From contig NC_087438.1 of the NCBI RefSeq assembly GCF_036321535.1, forward strand, positions 13,146,001 through 13,210,000: DNA of 64,000 nt, read 5' to 3'. Below the pieces are notes generated by a model. The model was not told the origin of the DNA. It did no database searches and was given only the letters and a program-made list of their open reading frames with translations. This DNA comes from Camelus dromedarius. Lineage: Eukaryota. The stretch's first letter is position 1. Every line of letters starts with the position of its first letter. The translations under genes were made by a program, and so were the position numbers. This document shows, in pieces, positions 52,396 through 64,000 of the stretch.

Positions 52396-54088
52396 GCAGC
52401 AAACCATTTCCACTTTTCAATGCAACAACACCTGTGTTAGTTAGGATAACATTCATAACTGCTGAAACAAAAATCTCTTTAATCTTATTTTCTTTTCTTC
52501 CCCCAAATCAATATGGCGATGTTCACGAAAAGGAAGGCAAGAGTTTCTTGACTGGAACTTTATAAACCTCCCCCCATTCTTACATTATTTATCTTGTCTA
52601 CTAAAGGTTTTGTTTTGTGATTATATTAGTGAACACACCTATATTCATTATTTCTTATACATGAAAATTAAGTAATTTCATATTTACCCTAGGTGTCTAG
52701 ATTATCACTTTGTGTGTATCAGGTTCTTGTATTACTAAGAGTATGTTTTAATATTTGTTTATTGTTGAACTATTTCTCCTTGCATATGCTAATTAACCAT
52801 GTAAATACCCAATTTCACATAATGAAAATGCATGTAAAGTTGTGATTCTGCACATGCAAACACAACTATAAAAATGTTAACTGCAACTGTTGTAGAAATC
52901 CTTGGTCCTCTGGTGAATACTGCAGACATTCTGTGCTTTAAAATATTGAGAATATATGTTTTCATAAGGCATTGCTCGCATTGACAGTTTTATAACAGTC
53001 AACATTCTGTAGGTTTCCCGGGAAGTGATTCACGTCCAACTCAGTGTGACACCAGAAGAGTTTCTCCTGCTGATGAATGTGTGTGCATTGGACCCATTTC
53101 TTAGAAAGGTTGACAATGCAAAAGCCATTGAAACCACAACACTGTATTTTTTGCTGTCATAGTTTTTCATGGTCAACTTTCACTTGTGTTTGTTCTGTGA
53201 AATCAAATGGGGAAGGTGTGTGGGTGTCTGTGTCTGTGTGTGTATGTGTGTGAATGTGTGTGTGGTCAGAGGGCAGATTTTTACTAACAGTTGAGAACAC
53301 AGATTCACTTTTAAGTTATCTTCCACTTTCTTATGATAGTAATTTATGGCTCTAAATATTTCCAGAAATTTCAGCAATTTTACTTTGTCATTTTTATAAA
53401 GTTAAATTTTTTTGATAAAGCCCCTATACAGAGTTCATTTTGGAGTTACAGGTCTTGTATATAACCTGGTAAAATACATAGTCCCGGAAGTATTTAGTCA
53501 ATTCAGTTCTCACACAGGATTCCACATATTTCAAAATGGAAAGAACTTTAAGATGCAAGCATAAAAATCAGAAGTGGGGTACATCTGAAAAAGGTTTTAA
53601 AAACCTCGAAGACATACGTGGAGTGATCTGTGGTCACAAAGATGCAGCAAGCTCACCCATCTTATTCCTTCCTCTGATGGCAGCTAGAACTCCTGGGTTC
53701 TGAATGGTAGGCAACAGCAAGCATTGTGGACAGGAAGTCAACACTGAAGAAAGACCGGTTTGCTGGTGAGTTTCCTAGTTTTTTTTTCCCCCTTTCATTT
53801 TTCTTTTTTCGTCCAAGGATGGCCCAACTGTGAACCACATCAGAACAACAAAAACTGCCATTTAAGCTAAAAGCTGGAGAGTTTAGGGTAATGCATTTTT
53901 TTTCTCCCTGCTGTGGTCCAGGGACAGCATCATTCTTTAAACCGTCAATCACTACACTAAAAATGCTGTGTTTAATCATTAGAGAGGATATTGTATTTGT
54001 CATGTGAGATATCAATTCAATGTTGTTTATTTTCCTTCTGAACAAACATATTCGTGTCCCGCATCATTGAGGGTTGGACTAGCAGGAA

Positions 54089-54148
54089 ATCCATCATATA
54101 CACATTCGTATATCAAACTTGTCTCGAAAAACCCAATTACCTGGTAAA
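54089..54148 (+). repeat. 60-bp dispersed direct repeat, copy 1
   Basis: 51/60 ungapped identity to 58447-58506. Confidence 0.9.
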
Positions 54149-54337
54149 ACTGGCTGGGTGGCATCTCCTCGTTTTGTTTTGTTTTCTTCCGATTTGTGGT
54201 GAAAAAGAACTGGAATCTGACGGACTAAGCCCGACCACTCGCTGTAGCCAGCAGAGGGCAGCAGAAGGCTTCCATAGGCGGACCTGAGCCAAAAGGCTTC
54301 TAAGAGGAAAGCAGTCTTATGGGAAGGCCAGAGATGC

Positions 54338-54363
54338 AAAAAAAAAAAAAAAAAAAAAAAAAA
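54338..54363 (+). repeat. Poly(A) run, 26 nt
   Basis: Direct reading. Confidence 0.95.
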
Positions 54364-54494
54364 TCAAGACCAGGGACACTGCCATTAGAGGGGGTAGAAG
54401 TCATTTGACATATGCAAGCATAAGCTAATTGTCACAGAGTGGGTAGTTCAATCCCATAAAGGACTTGATGGATTTATTCATTCCTTCTACCGGC

Positions 54495-54605
54495 AAGTAA
54501 TGTGTGTAGTGTCTTCCGTTTCGGCTTCAGTTTCTTCGTTTACTAAGTGGTTATAATGCTAATAACAACCTCATAAAATATATGAGGATTGCATAGGGCT
54601 ATTTG
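54495..54605 (+). mobile_element. MIR fragment
   Basis: ggcttcagtttcttcgtttactaagtggttataat...acctcataaaatatatgaggatt resembles the MIR core. Confidence 0.6.
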
Positions 54606-57600
54606 TCAAATATCACTGCAGGGTCTTTTTTTTTTTTAACTTTAATATCTCTTAAGATAGAAGATATGACTCTTTAATAGAAGCATTTTAGGAAAACAAT
54701 TGCTACCATCATAATAAAACCAACTACCTCTGTAAATCTGCACATGGGTTGTAAACAGCATTCTAAGTGCAAATATATTAAATGTAAAATATTCTTTTTT
54801 GTAGCATTACAGAAATAAAGGGAGAAGAGTCACTGCTGGAGCATGTAAAATCAGTGCACATACAGCCAAGACTGTGGACTGAGCACCTTCTGGAACATTT
54901 AACCCGAGACCTGGAAGACGGTTTCTCTGAAGCTAAGAGTTGAAGGGCCTGGGGTGGGACCAGCCCTGCTAGGTGACGGAGAATTCTCAGGCAAAGGAAG
55001 ACTGCCTGTGCAAAGATTTTAATACAGACAAAAATGCAGACATTCAAAAAACAAAAAGCAATCCGTTGTGTCTGAGCAGAGAGGGTGATGGGGAGAGATT
55101 TATGGAATGAGACAAGGGAATTAGATCCAGAAAGACACATGTGGGGCCCATAGGTCTTATTAAATATTTTGGAGCTTCTTGTAATGTCATTTGGAAACTT
55201 TTAGAATGAATTCAGCGGAGAGAAATGAAACAAAACAAAACTAGGGAAGCACTGTAGGATAGAAGAAAGAGCAGAGACGTGGAGCCATCGCAGTCTGGTG
55301 TGCATCTGAGCTAAGTCTTCGGCCAAATAATTAAGTGGATTACTTCAAGCCCAACATGTAACAAAATAGTAGCTTAAAAAAAAGTCAGAGTTCACAATCT
55401 GGTGCATATTTGTGGAGTCGTTAAAAACTAAAACCCTGTATCTGACGACAGCCATGCTGTGAGCAGTGTCATCTCAAGCACAGACCTCATCCTTGTAATT
55501 CTTAGTGTCAGATGCCAAAAATCAGACTCAGGATTGGGTCTGTCAATGTCTACCTTAAATGTGTGAATAATAAAACATTACATGACTGGATCTTATTAAA
55601 TGCAGTGATCGTTTTTTTGCTCATCAAGACCTCAGCAACCATGGCTGAAAAAAAAAATCACTGTAGACTGAATATTAAACCTCATGTGAGCTGGGAGAAT
55701 ATCCATTTGTATGGTTTAGAGCAGGAGACCTTGGATGAGTTTTTGTCTCTAAAAACAGGAGTTATTACAGTAACAGCTTTTATATGGATGCTGATACACC
55801 TATTTCAAAATCAAGACATTGGGTGGGTTTATGTGATCTGCCCCCAAATTTGTGAAAATTTCCTGGATGACTAAATAAGGATTGGAGAAAAAATGGAAAA
55901 CAAAGACAGCTCTAAGTCCCTCTTAACTGTAGGTTTTAATAACATGGAGCTTTGAAACTTACACTAAAGAGTCATATTAATTACTGCTCTCTCGTGTATA
56001 GACAGTAACTACCACCATAATAAAACCCAGGACTTTTAGAAATTCACACATACATACACACACTTGAAAATTGGCTAGTGCTTGTATCAATACATTTATT
56101 TGTATAATTTCAAACGTTTTATGGCAGAATTTTACTGCCATAATTATAGCATTATTTTATAAACATCAAATAATAGCCATAAATCAAATTACAGCATTAA
56201 CTGTATTGGAAAGATACAGTTTCTCCATTTGAGGTAAATAGCAAAATATAGTTCTATATTAACTATTTCAAAAAACAAATCATGTTCAAAATAAAAAGAC
56301 AGACCAAGACATACCAATCAATTGCAATCCAAAAATATTATGTGCGTGTGAGTACGTGTGGGGGTCGTAATAGTAATAATGGCGGTTGTAGATGTTACTA
56401 TAATAGACAAGGTGGCGGGAGTGGTAGCCACAATAGGGTTGCACCGTTAACAGAGGTTAAGTAGGAGACAGAGTCTGCCGACAGAAGCTAAAGTTACAAT
56501 TACATGCGATCCAATTGACCTGCCCCAGATTGGAAACTGATATATTACCTCCTAGTCCAATACCATGTGGCCAGCAGCACATCTCAGAAGAGCTAATGCC
56601 ATGGTCTGAACTCAGGAATGTGTCCAAACTGAAGAGGAGTCAAGTCTCACTATTCAACCTACCTTCAGGCTTCTTAAATATTTCACTGCCTTGTCTGGAC
56701 CTTGGTGTGGAGTGAGAGACACTAGGAAGCAGAGAAGGCACCTGATAAGCAGAAATAACTGACCTTGTAAGTTTTCAACTCTAGGCTGACTTCAAGGTTA
56801 ACCAACAATTCGAATTTAGCACCCAAATGGAGAAGAAAGGGCTGATTGATTGTCCATGTCCTCTGGGGGCATACATACGTTTGCGTCTGTATATGTGTGT
56901 GAATATACTTAAAATGGCAGAATAAGACGTTTAACTTTTGATCTTGGAACAATAGAAGTAATTCATCATAACTGTGCTTACGAAGTAAATCGCAGTCAAA
57001 TAACAGTAGTGATCAATGAAAACCAGATAGATGAACAATGAAACAAACCAAAAGTAAACCTACTGTGCTACATATTTGTTACGAGCTTTTAAAAACTTCT
57101 GGGACCCAGAAGTACATCAAACTTTCATTGTAAAACAGATAATTTTGTTAGCAACAACAAAGCTTTCCCCAAACCTAAAATGTTCAAATCTGTGTTCAGA
57201 GCACAAAAAGATAGTTTCATTGTTAAATAAGACATTAAAAAGAAATGGTCTATGAAATTAAAACATGAAATCAGATACAATGATAGTAAATAATGTTACA
57301 AATAATGCTGGGATTTATAAAGATGAAAGTTGAAATGTATTTATTAGAAAACAAACTCCAAAAAAAAAAAAAGGAATTTATTAAAAAAAGACTAAAATCT
57401 GGTTCTTTGAAAATAAGAATGATGAAAAAAGATGAATGACAATAGTTAATATGTTCTAAGACATTCAAGAAATATATTGAAGTTGTAGAGTAATTTGAAC
57501 AATAATTACTCTGAGGGAAAATAGTTTTAAATATATTAATGCACTGTGGATGTTGGAAATAAGATTGTTCAAAAGCCTTTGTATTATTTTAGGCACTGAG

Positions 57601-58446
57601 TTTCACACAGAAGAATAATAATCTTCTGGAATCTTTCAGTCTACTAATTTCTTACAGATTAATTTTTAAAAATATATGTAATGTTTTTAAAGTTGTTAAA
57701 AATATTCTATTATGAATTGAAAAATAAGAAATTTAAAAAGATTTATGATTATAAAATTTAATCTGTGCTATGAAAAAATGCATTTATTGCAAGTGATGAT
57801 TATGTTTTTGAGGAAAATGGGAAACAAAGAATAAATTTCAAACACTTTCTGGTCATTGATATAATCTAAACTTAAATTGTTAGATATTATACATTTGTTC
57901 TTTACCATCTGAACTACAACTAGATAATTATATACAATTTTATGATTATTTGCATTGCATGGTTATAAATATTATTTATTTGTGTGGATGGACTTAAAAT
58001 TATTTTTATTATATATTGTCTTAATCTATATATTGTTAATTGATATCAGTATCGATTTTCAAAAATATATCATAGAGTCAAGCACTTTCTAGAGATGTAG
58101 TGCTTTTGATTACATTAAAAAGTTTCTCAGCACAGCTAATTCACCCTTGAATGATATGATACAGCTTTTTTGTACTTCTAATTGAATTTTCCCTTTCTTG
58201 CTCTATTTAGTATTTTCTAAACTTTCAGTATTCTAACATGTATTGTGTTATTTCCTGTATGGAGCCATTTACACACTTTCATTTGGTCTGAAATCATCTC
58301 TGTACCTCTTTGTAGGACCCAATCCAATCCTTCTTTGCAAGAGGGACCCCAAGCCCACAGCCCTACCCTGCCTGCCAGATAGATTTTGCTAACTTCTCCT
58401 TTGGTCTTAAATAGTTTTAATTAGCTACTAACTTACAACACTTAGG

Positions 58447-58506
58447 ATCCATCATATGCACACTTATGTATCAAATTCGTCTTGAAAAACCCAATTATCT
58501 GGTAAA
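58447..58506 (+). repeat. 60-bp dispersed direct repeat, copy 2
   Basis: 51/60 ungapped identity to 54089-54148. Confidence 0.9.
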
Positions 58507-58519
58507 CAGGGTCCTAATA

Positions 58520-59200
58520 CCTGTATTACAACAATACCTGAGGCTGAGAAGGGTTCCATGATGCTTTAGACCTTAATTCCCATCACTCCGCTTTAAACAT
58601 CAGTGGGTCTTACACCCATTTTAATGCACGGGCTGGCTTCTCTGAGTTTGTGACAAGATAGATTTAGACTTTTAACAGCACTCCCCCAAGGAAGGTTTTC
58701 TTGATCCTTGTGTTGGCTGGGGACTCCAGGGGAGTTTTCTGATGGGATTCTATGCCACAAATTGTGTGATGAGTCACAAAGAAAACCAGAATATTTCATC
58801 TGCTTTAGGACATCAGAAAGAATATGTGAAAGCATATTTGAAGCCTTCATGTTGATTTATCATTTATGTTTAAGGGCACGTGTCTAAGAGAAACATTCCA
58901 TGTTCCCTCTTTGCGTGGGAAGGTCCAGGCAGTGTGCAGACAGAGGCAGGACCTAGAACACATGTCCTTATTAGGGTCTGCGGGCAGTGTGTTTTTGAGG
59001 TCCCGAGCTAAAGTCAACTGGTCAATTCAAACTAAAAGAGAGGGGTTTTGGTAAGCCCGTTGGGGGCCACATCTAAGACATACATCCAGGGAAGGCACCG
59101 GGAGACAGTGGAGACTGTTGATCACAAGCGTTGTTGGGGAAGTTACATCAAGAACTTAGATTTGCTTGTGACTCTCCAGGCTGCTTTCCAGGGCACGCAC
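58520..59200. mobile_element. Probable old LTR (family undetermined)
   Basis: GC-richer block with LTR-like texture. No clear termini or TSD were seen. Confidence 0.35.
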
Positions 59201-59361
59201 TTGTATGAGGAGCCTGTGTGAGTTTAAGGTCACTGTAGGCCACTTGGACAAAAAAGATAGGTGCTGAGGATAAGAATAGCTTAGTTCTGTCTCTCGATAA
59301 AAATTCACTTTTTCTCAGGTGACTAAGAACCGAGATAACTTTTATTCCTTTCTTCCTGGTA

Positions 59362-59790
59362 ACAAGAACACTGCACACAGTTATATGCCAACAAATTGGA
59401 CAATCCAGGAGACAGATTTCTAGAAACATACAACCTGCCAAGACTAAATCAAGAAGAAATAGATAATCTGAACAAACCGATCACTAGGAGTGAAATTGAA
59501 TTTTTAATAAAAAATACTTCCAGCAAACTCAAGTCCAGGGTTAGAAGGCTTCACACGGGAATTCTACCAAACATATAAAAAAAGAACTTACACCTATCCT
59601 TCTCAAACTAGTCCAAAAACTGAAAAGAACAGAACACTCCCAGATTCATTTTAAGACGCCATTACCCTGATTCCAAAACCAGGCAAAGACATTACAAAAA
59701 AAGAAAATTACAGGCCAATATTTTGATGAATATAAGGGCAAAATCCACAACAAAATATTAGCAAGCCATATCCAGCAATTTATAAAAAAG
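59362..59790 (+). mobile_element. L1 ORF2 internal fragment (upstream of and into the RT domain)
   Basis: The ORF at 59396 translates to FLETYNLPRLNQEEIDNLNKPITRSEIE, a canonical L1 ORF2 segment. It is followed by attaccctgattccaaaaccaggcaaagac. Confidence 0.95.
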
Positions 59791-62499
59791 TTCAACTTAG
59801 GTGAACACAGGAAGGCTTCCGTAAGAACTTAGACGCAAAAGAAGGCTTCTGAGACAAGATGCTCTCAGCTACAACACGGAAATCATCCTTAATTCACAAT
59901 CATAACATTTGTAAAGGGCGACTGGGAGGAATTAACAACAAAGTGCATATGGAAAAGCTTTGGAAAATAGAAAGCATTGAACTAAGTGTAGAGGCTATGG
60001 CCACACTCTTGTTATTTGGTTGAGAAACTACACATTTATCCCAGTGTTTGCAAGTGTGGAGTAGGGCCAGACGTCCTCACTGAGTTTTTCAGTTCCATTG
60101 AAGACCTCTGGCTCCAATATATATATTGATGTGAACTCCCAAATTATCCTGTTCATTAGGGTTAGATTTAGAAGAACTAAGAAATGTAAAAAAGGAACTA
60201 AACTTGTGTGAATGCAGAAAGCATTTATTGTTGGCCGTGATACTAAACTTTAGGAGATGGAAAATTCTGAAAAATGCAAAATAAAATTAAAAAAAAAGAG
60301 GGAAAGAGAATATATTTGTTGGCTGGTGGTGATACACACAGAGTATAATGAATACTAAATTCTACATGAAAAGACACGCCCCTGTGGGAAACAGAAGGGG
60401 GGGCCGTGTGTAAAAAGCAGGAGACTCAGAATGCATGCTTCTAGGATGGAGAGTAAGAAGCAAGGTAAGCCGATCACATTTTTAAGGATGGGAAGAAAAT
60501 TGTCCTGTCTCTAAGAAACACCTTGTCTATTTAGAACCCTACATAAGATTTATCTAATCTTTTGCTCTTACTTGAGTAATGAAGTAAATGTTGAGTAAAG
60601 AAATAAAATCATAATGAAATTTAAATTCACTATCAATTCTTAAAAATAAATTAAAACATATTTTAAAATTTTGTGATGACAACAAACAATTCCTTCTTTT
60701 ACAAATGATAAGTTAGCAAGTGGTTGTTGCTTTAATAAAAGAAAATGGCTAAGAATTTTAATATACAATAATTAACCCAGATCATAAAGGAACAATACCA
60801 TACACTCCAATGTTTAACATCAACAAGCAATAAATGACCTTGGCTAGCAATCTTAACAGAAATGAGATGTGAATAAAAACTAATTATTTTATGAAATTTT
60901 GTTTTAACTTGGTTTTTGTGGTTATTTATTCTTCAGAACAAATATATAGTTATACTTCCAAAGAATAGGTATAAAAAGATATGTGGCTTTTTTTTTTCAC
61001 ATTTTATGTGGCTTGAAGTGAACTGAAAAGGCTTTATATCAGGCATTTTCAACTGTATAGCTTTTCCTGATCTCAACAGGAACAGACACATTATTAATGA
61101 TTTCTTGTTAAACAAATCTCACTCTCCTTGCTGTGGCGTTATATTCTTTCTTTAATTAATACATGTAGCAACAGAGAGGGACAATTATTCCTCTATTAAT
61201 TTCAATTAGTTTCATGCTCAGAGAGACATCTAAAATCCTGTGTTAGTATGTTCTTTTTTTCTAGGGTATGTAATACAATTAATTACTCTTTTGGAAACAC
61301 AAGTCATATTGAGACTACACAAGAGAACTTTCGCTGTTTCCTTTCTTATAAATGTAAATATTAAACTATGTTTAAATATACAAGTAAATTATTCAGTGTA
61401 TCACTCAAATGAATTAAAATATCTCCTGCCCTCAAGAGAGTGTGTGAAATTTAATTACTGTAAGATTGATACAATGTATTTTAAATTAGAATTGTGCTTT
61501 TTTATTCATATATATGTGATACAATTCATATTTACATGATACACTTAATTCCTGTGACTATGTGCTGATAACACAGCAGATTAAAACCATGCATGTATGT
61601 ATTATAAACAGGTTTGACTGAAATGGGTATTTGAATCAAATGCTTGAGGCTTGTGAAAACCATGCTTCAACACATTCCTCTTGTCTCTTAGAAGATTTGT
61701 AGAATAATAAAATTTCCGACATCAACCCAAAGTAATGGTACGCAATATGGTTTTCAAAATTTATGGTTTCAAATGACGTTTGACAAGTGGTACCTGTCGC
61801 AGTCTCCCCTGGTTACTATGGAAATACCAAGGAGGGTAGGGGTGTTTTGTTTCACGGCAAAAACTCACCACCTGAGAACTAAAAGCAACAGTTTATACCG
61901 TACAATTTCAGAGAAAATTCTCCCACTAGTAAAATCTTTTAAAAGTGAAAAAAATACACTGATGAAGCTTAAATGACACACAATTCAAATGAGAGGGCAG
62001 GCAGTAGACAAAAACTGATAAAGCTGTTTTGAATTTTGGAAAGCATCGTCTCCACAAATAACAGGAGATGAGCCAGAGAAAGGAATAGGTGTACCATCAG
62101 TGCTGCTGGAATTTAGACTCCTTCATTGTTGCCACCTATTCCGATTGTCTGAGGACTGTGTCGTGCCAGAAAGAGGAGAAGTGAGGGAATTCAGTCTAGT
62201 AAAGCGTCATGAGTTGTGCAGCTGTGCGTCTGAGAAGAGAGGCAGTGATGCCCCTATGCTCACAGAGCTGCTCCAAGAACAAGTTGTGTCCCTCTGGGTC
62301 TCAAAAGCTCTCTCTCCATTTGAGAATATAAAGATATTTAAATAAACACGAGACTTGAAAACACAACACCAAACAAACGAAATGGACATCTACTTAGAGA
62401 TTCAGGAGACAGAGAATGTCTGGAAGTGGCAATGACTTAATCCCCAGTTCTAGGTCTTGTGTTATGTCTACAGAGAAAAGCAAAATACACCAAAAATAA

Positions 62500-62765
62500 A
62501 CATAAATCTATACATCATGCTCATTGGTGGCTGCCAGGGACAGGGAAGAGGATGCCAGTGTGGGAGGGAGGGATTACAATTGTAGGGACTTGGGACAACT
62601 TGGGGAGGACAGACATATAGACATAGACATGGGTAGAGATACAAATGTTCAATACTTTGATTGCATTGATTGATCTACAGGTGTTATACATGGGCCAAAA
62701 TTCACTATGTGCACATTGTACACATGCAGCTTATTGTATTTCAAGTGTACCTCAATAAGGCTAGA
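62500..62765 (+). mobile_element. Old L1ME-like 3' end
   Basis: gtggctgccagggacaggg...tacaggtgttatacatgggccaaaattcact...gcagcttattgtatttcaagtgtacctcaataagg. Confidence 0.7.
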
Positions 62766-62874
62766 AGAGTAGGAAACAAACAACTATCTTTGAGGAGCCC
62801 CTATAGCAAGCAGTATCCTCAGAAGAGAAGCAGATTTCTATTAGAGTTAGAATGTGAACGGGATGTCCAGAGAA

Positions 62875-63546
62875 GACTTACCATGTGATCCAGCAATCCC
62901 ACTCCTGGGCATATATCCAGAGGGGATGAAAATTTGAAAAGATACATGAACCCCAAGGTTCATATCTGTACTATTTACAATAGCCAAGACATGGAAATAA
63001 CTTAAATGTCCATTGACAGAGGACTAGATAAAGGAGCTGTGGTATATTTATACAATGGAATACTACTCAGCCATAAAAAAGAATAAAATAATGCTGTTTG
63101 CGCAACATGGATGGATCTGAAGATTGTCCTTCTAAGTGAAGTAAGCCAGAAAGAGAAAGAAAACTATCATGTGATATAAATCATATGTGGAATTTAAAAA
63201 AAAAGAAAAGGAAAAGAAAAGAGAAGACACCGATGAACTCATCTACAAAACAGAAACAGACTCACAGACATGGTAAACAAACTTATGGTTACCAGGGGGA
63301 AAGGAGGTAGGAAGGGATAAATTGGGAGTTCAAGATTTGCAAATATTAACTACTATATATAAAATAGATAAAAAAACAAATTTCTTTTATATAACACAGG
63401 GAACTATATTCAATCACTTATATAACATATAATGAAAAAGAATATGAAAATGAATATATGTATGTATATGTATGACTGAAACATTTTACTGTACTCCAGA
63501 AACTGACACATTGTAACTGACTACACTTCAGTTAAAAAAAAAAAAG
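62875..63546 (+). mobile_element. Young 5'-truncated L1 (ORF2 end, 3' UTR, poly(A))
   Basis: ccatgtgatccagcaatcccactcctgggcatatatccag ... gacacattgtaactgactacacttcagttaaaaaaaaaaaa. Confidence 0.95.
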
Positions 63547-64000
63547 AGATTATAGGGGCCATTCTGAAGGGACATGCAGTGGAAACTGTTCAGGAAATAA
63601 AAACATCAAAAACAGAAGCCAATATATACAGGAAGGAACACACGTTTAGATTATCCTTTTTCCATATGCAATGAAAAGCTCTTATTCATTCATTTTGGGG
63701 CATGGTGACGATCATGATAGTTGATGTGGTTACAAAGAAAAAAAATCATAGAGATGTAAAATTGCTCCAGTGGAAAAGTTTATCTGAATTGGGAGTTAAA
63801 GTCAATCAATATAAATTAATCTCAATATAAATGAATAATCTTTATAGCAGGGTTTATCCATACACATTTCAGTAGGCATGTAAATTTCCCAGTGCATCAG
63901 AAATTTAGTGTTTGAAGTTGATTAATGAGCAATTTAAATTTTAAAGTAAATTAAAACTCAGTAATTGAAAATTTTACATTTTTAACTTAGAAAGACAAAG

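Noticed and set aside
54150..54370. Processed retrocopy ending in the 26-nt poly(A)
   Set aside because: No AATAAA upstream of the A-run and no convincing TSD (only aaatc). More likely a mononucleotide expansion.
1..64000. CRISPR arrays, operons, rRNA/tRNA genes, non-retroviral endogenous viral elements, NUMTs
   Set aside because: The DNA is mammalian nuclear, and I saw no repeat-spacer array, structured RNA gene, viral ORF or mitochondrial-like segment by eye. A translated search would be needed to exclude highly decayed elements.

Overview
AT-rich, CpG-poor eutherian genomic DNA, either intergenic or inside a very large intron. I recognise no host protein-coding exon, RNA gene or CpG island. 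The only ORFs with recognisable homology are transposon fossils: L1 ORF2 fragments and a Charlie1/hAT transposase C-terminus. Interspersed repeats dominate: young and old L1, L2, MIR, MaLR (MLT1) LTRs, ERV solo LTRs, MER21, LTR16, MER53 and Charlie1. The young L1 3' UTRs and the absence of recognisable lineage SINEs tentatively suggest a camelid. The best-supported unusual structures are (1) a TSD-bounded L1 insertion carrying a 3'-transduced LTR-like fragment that supplied the poly(A) signal, (2) a twin-primed L1 with a 24-nt 5' inversion, (3) a 44-bp L1-type micro-insertion with a 13-bp TSD, (4) a 60-bp dispersed duplication differing only by transitions, and (5) an isolated 18-bp-stem hairpin. 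Several weak exon and enhancer candidates are also listed. I found no convincing novel multi-gene system. Repeat family names come from recall of consensus sequences, not from a database search, and boundaries without TSDs are approximate.
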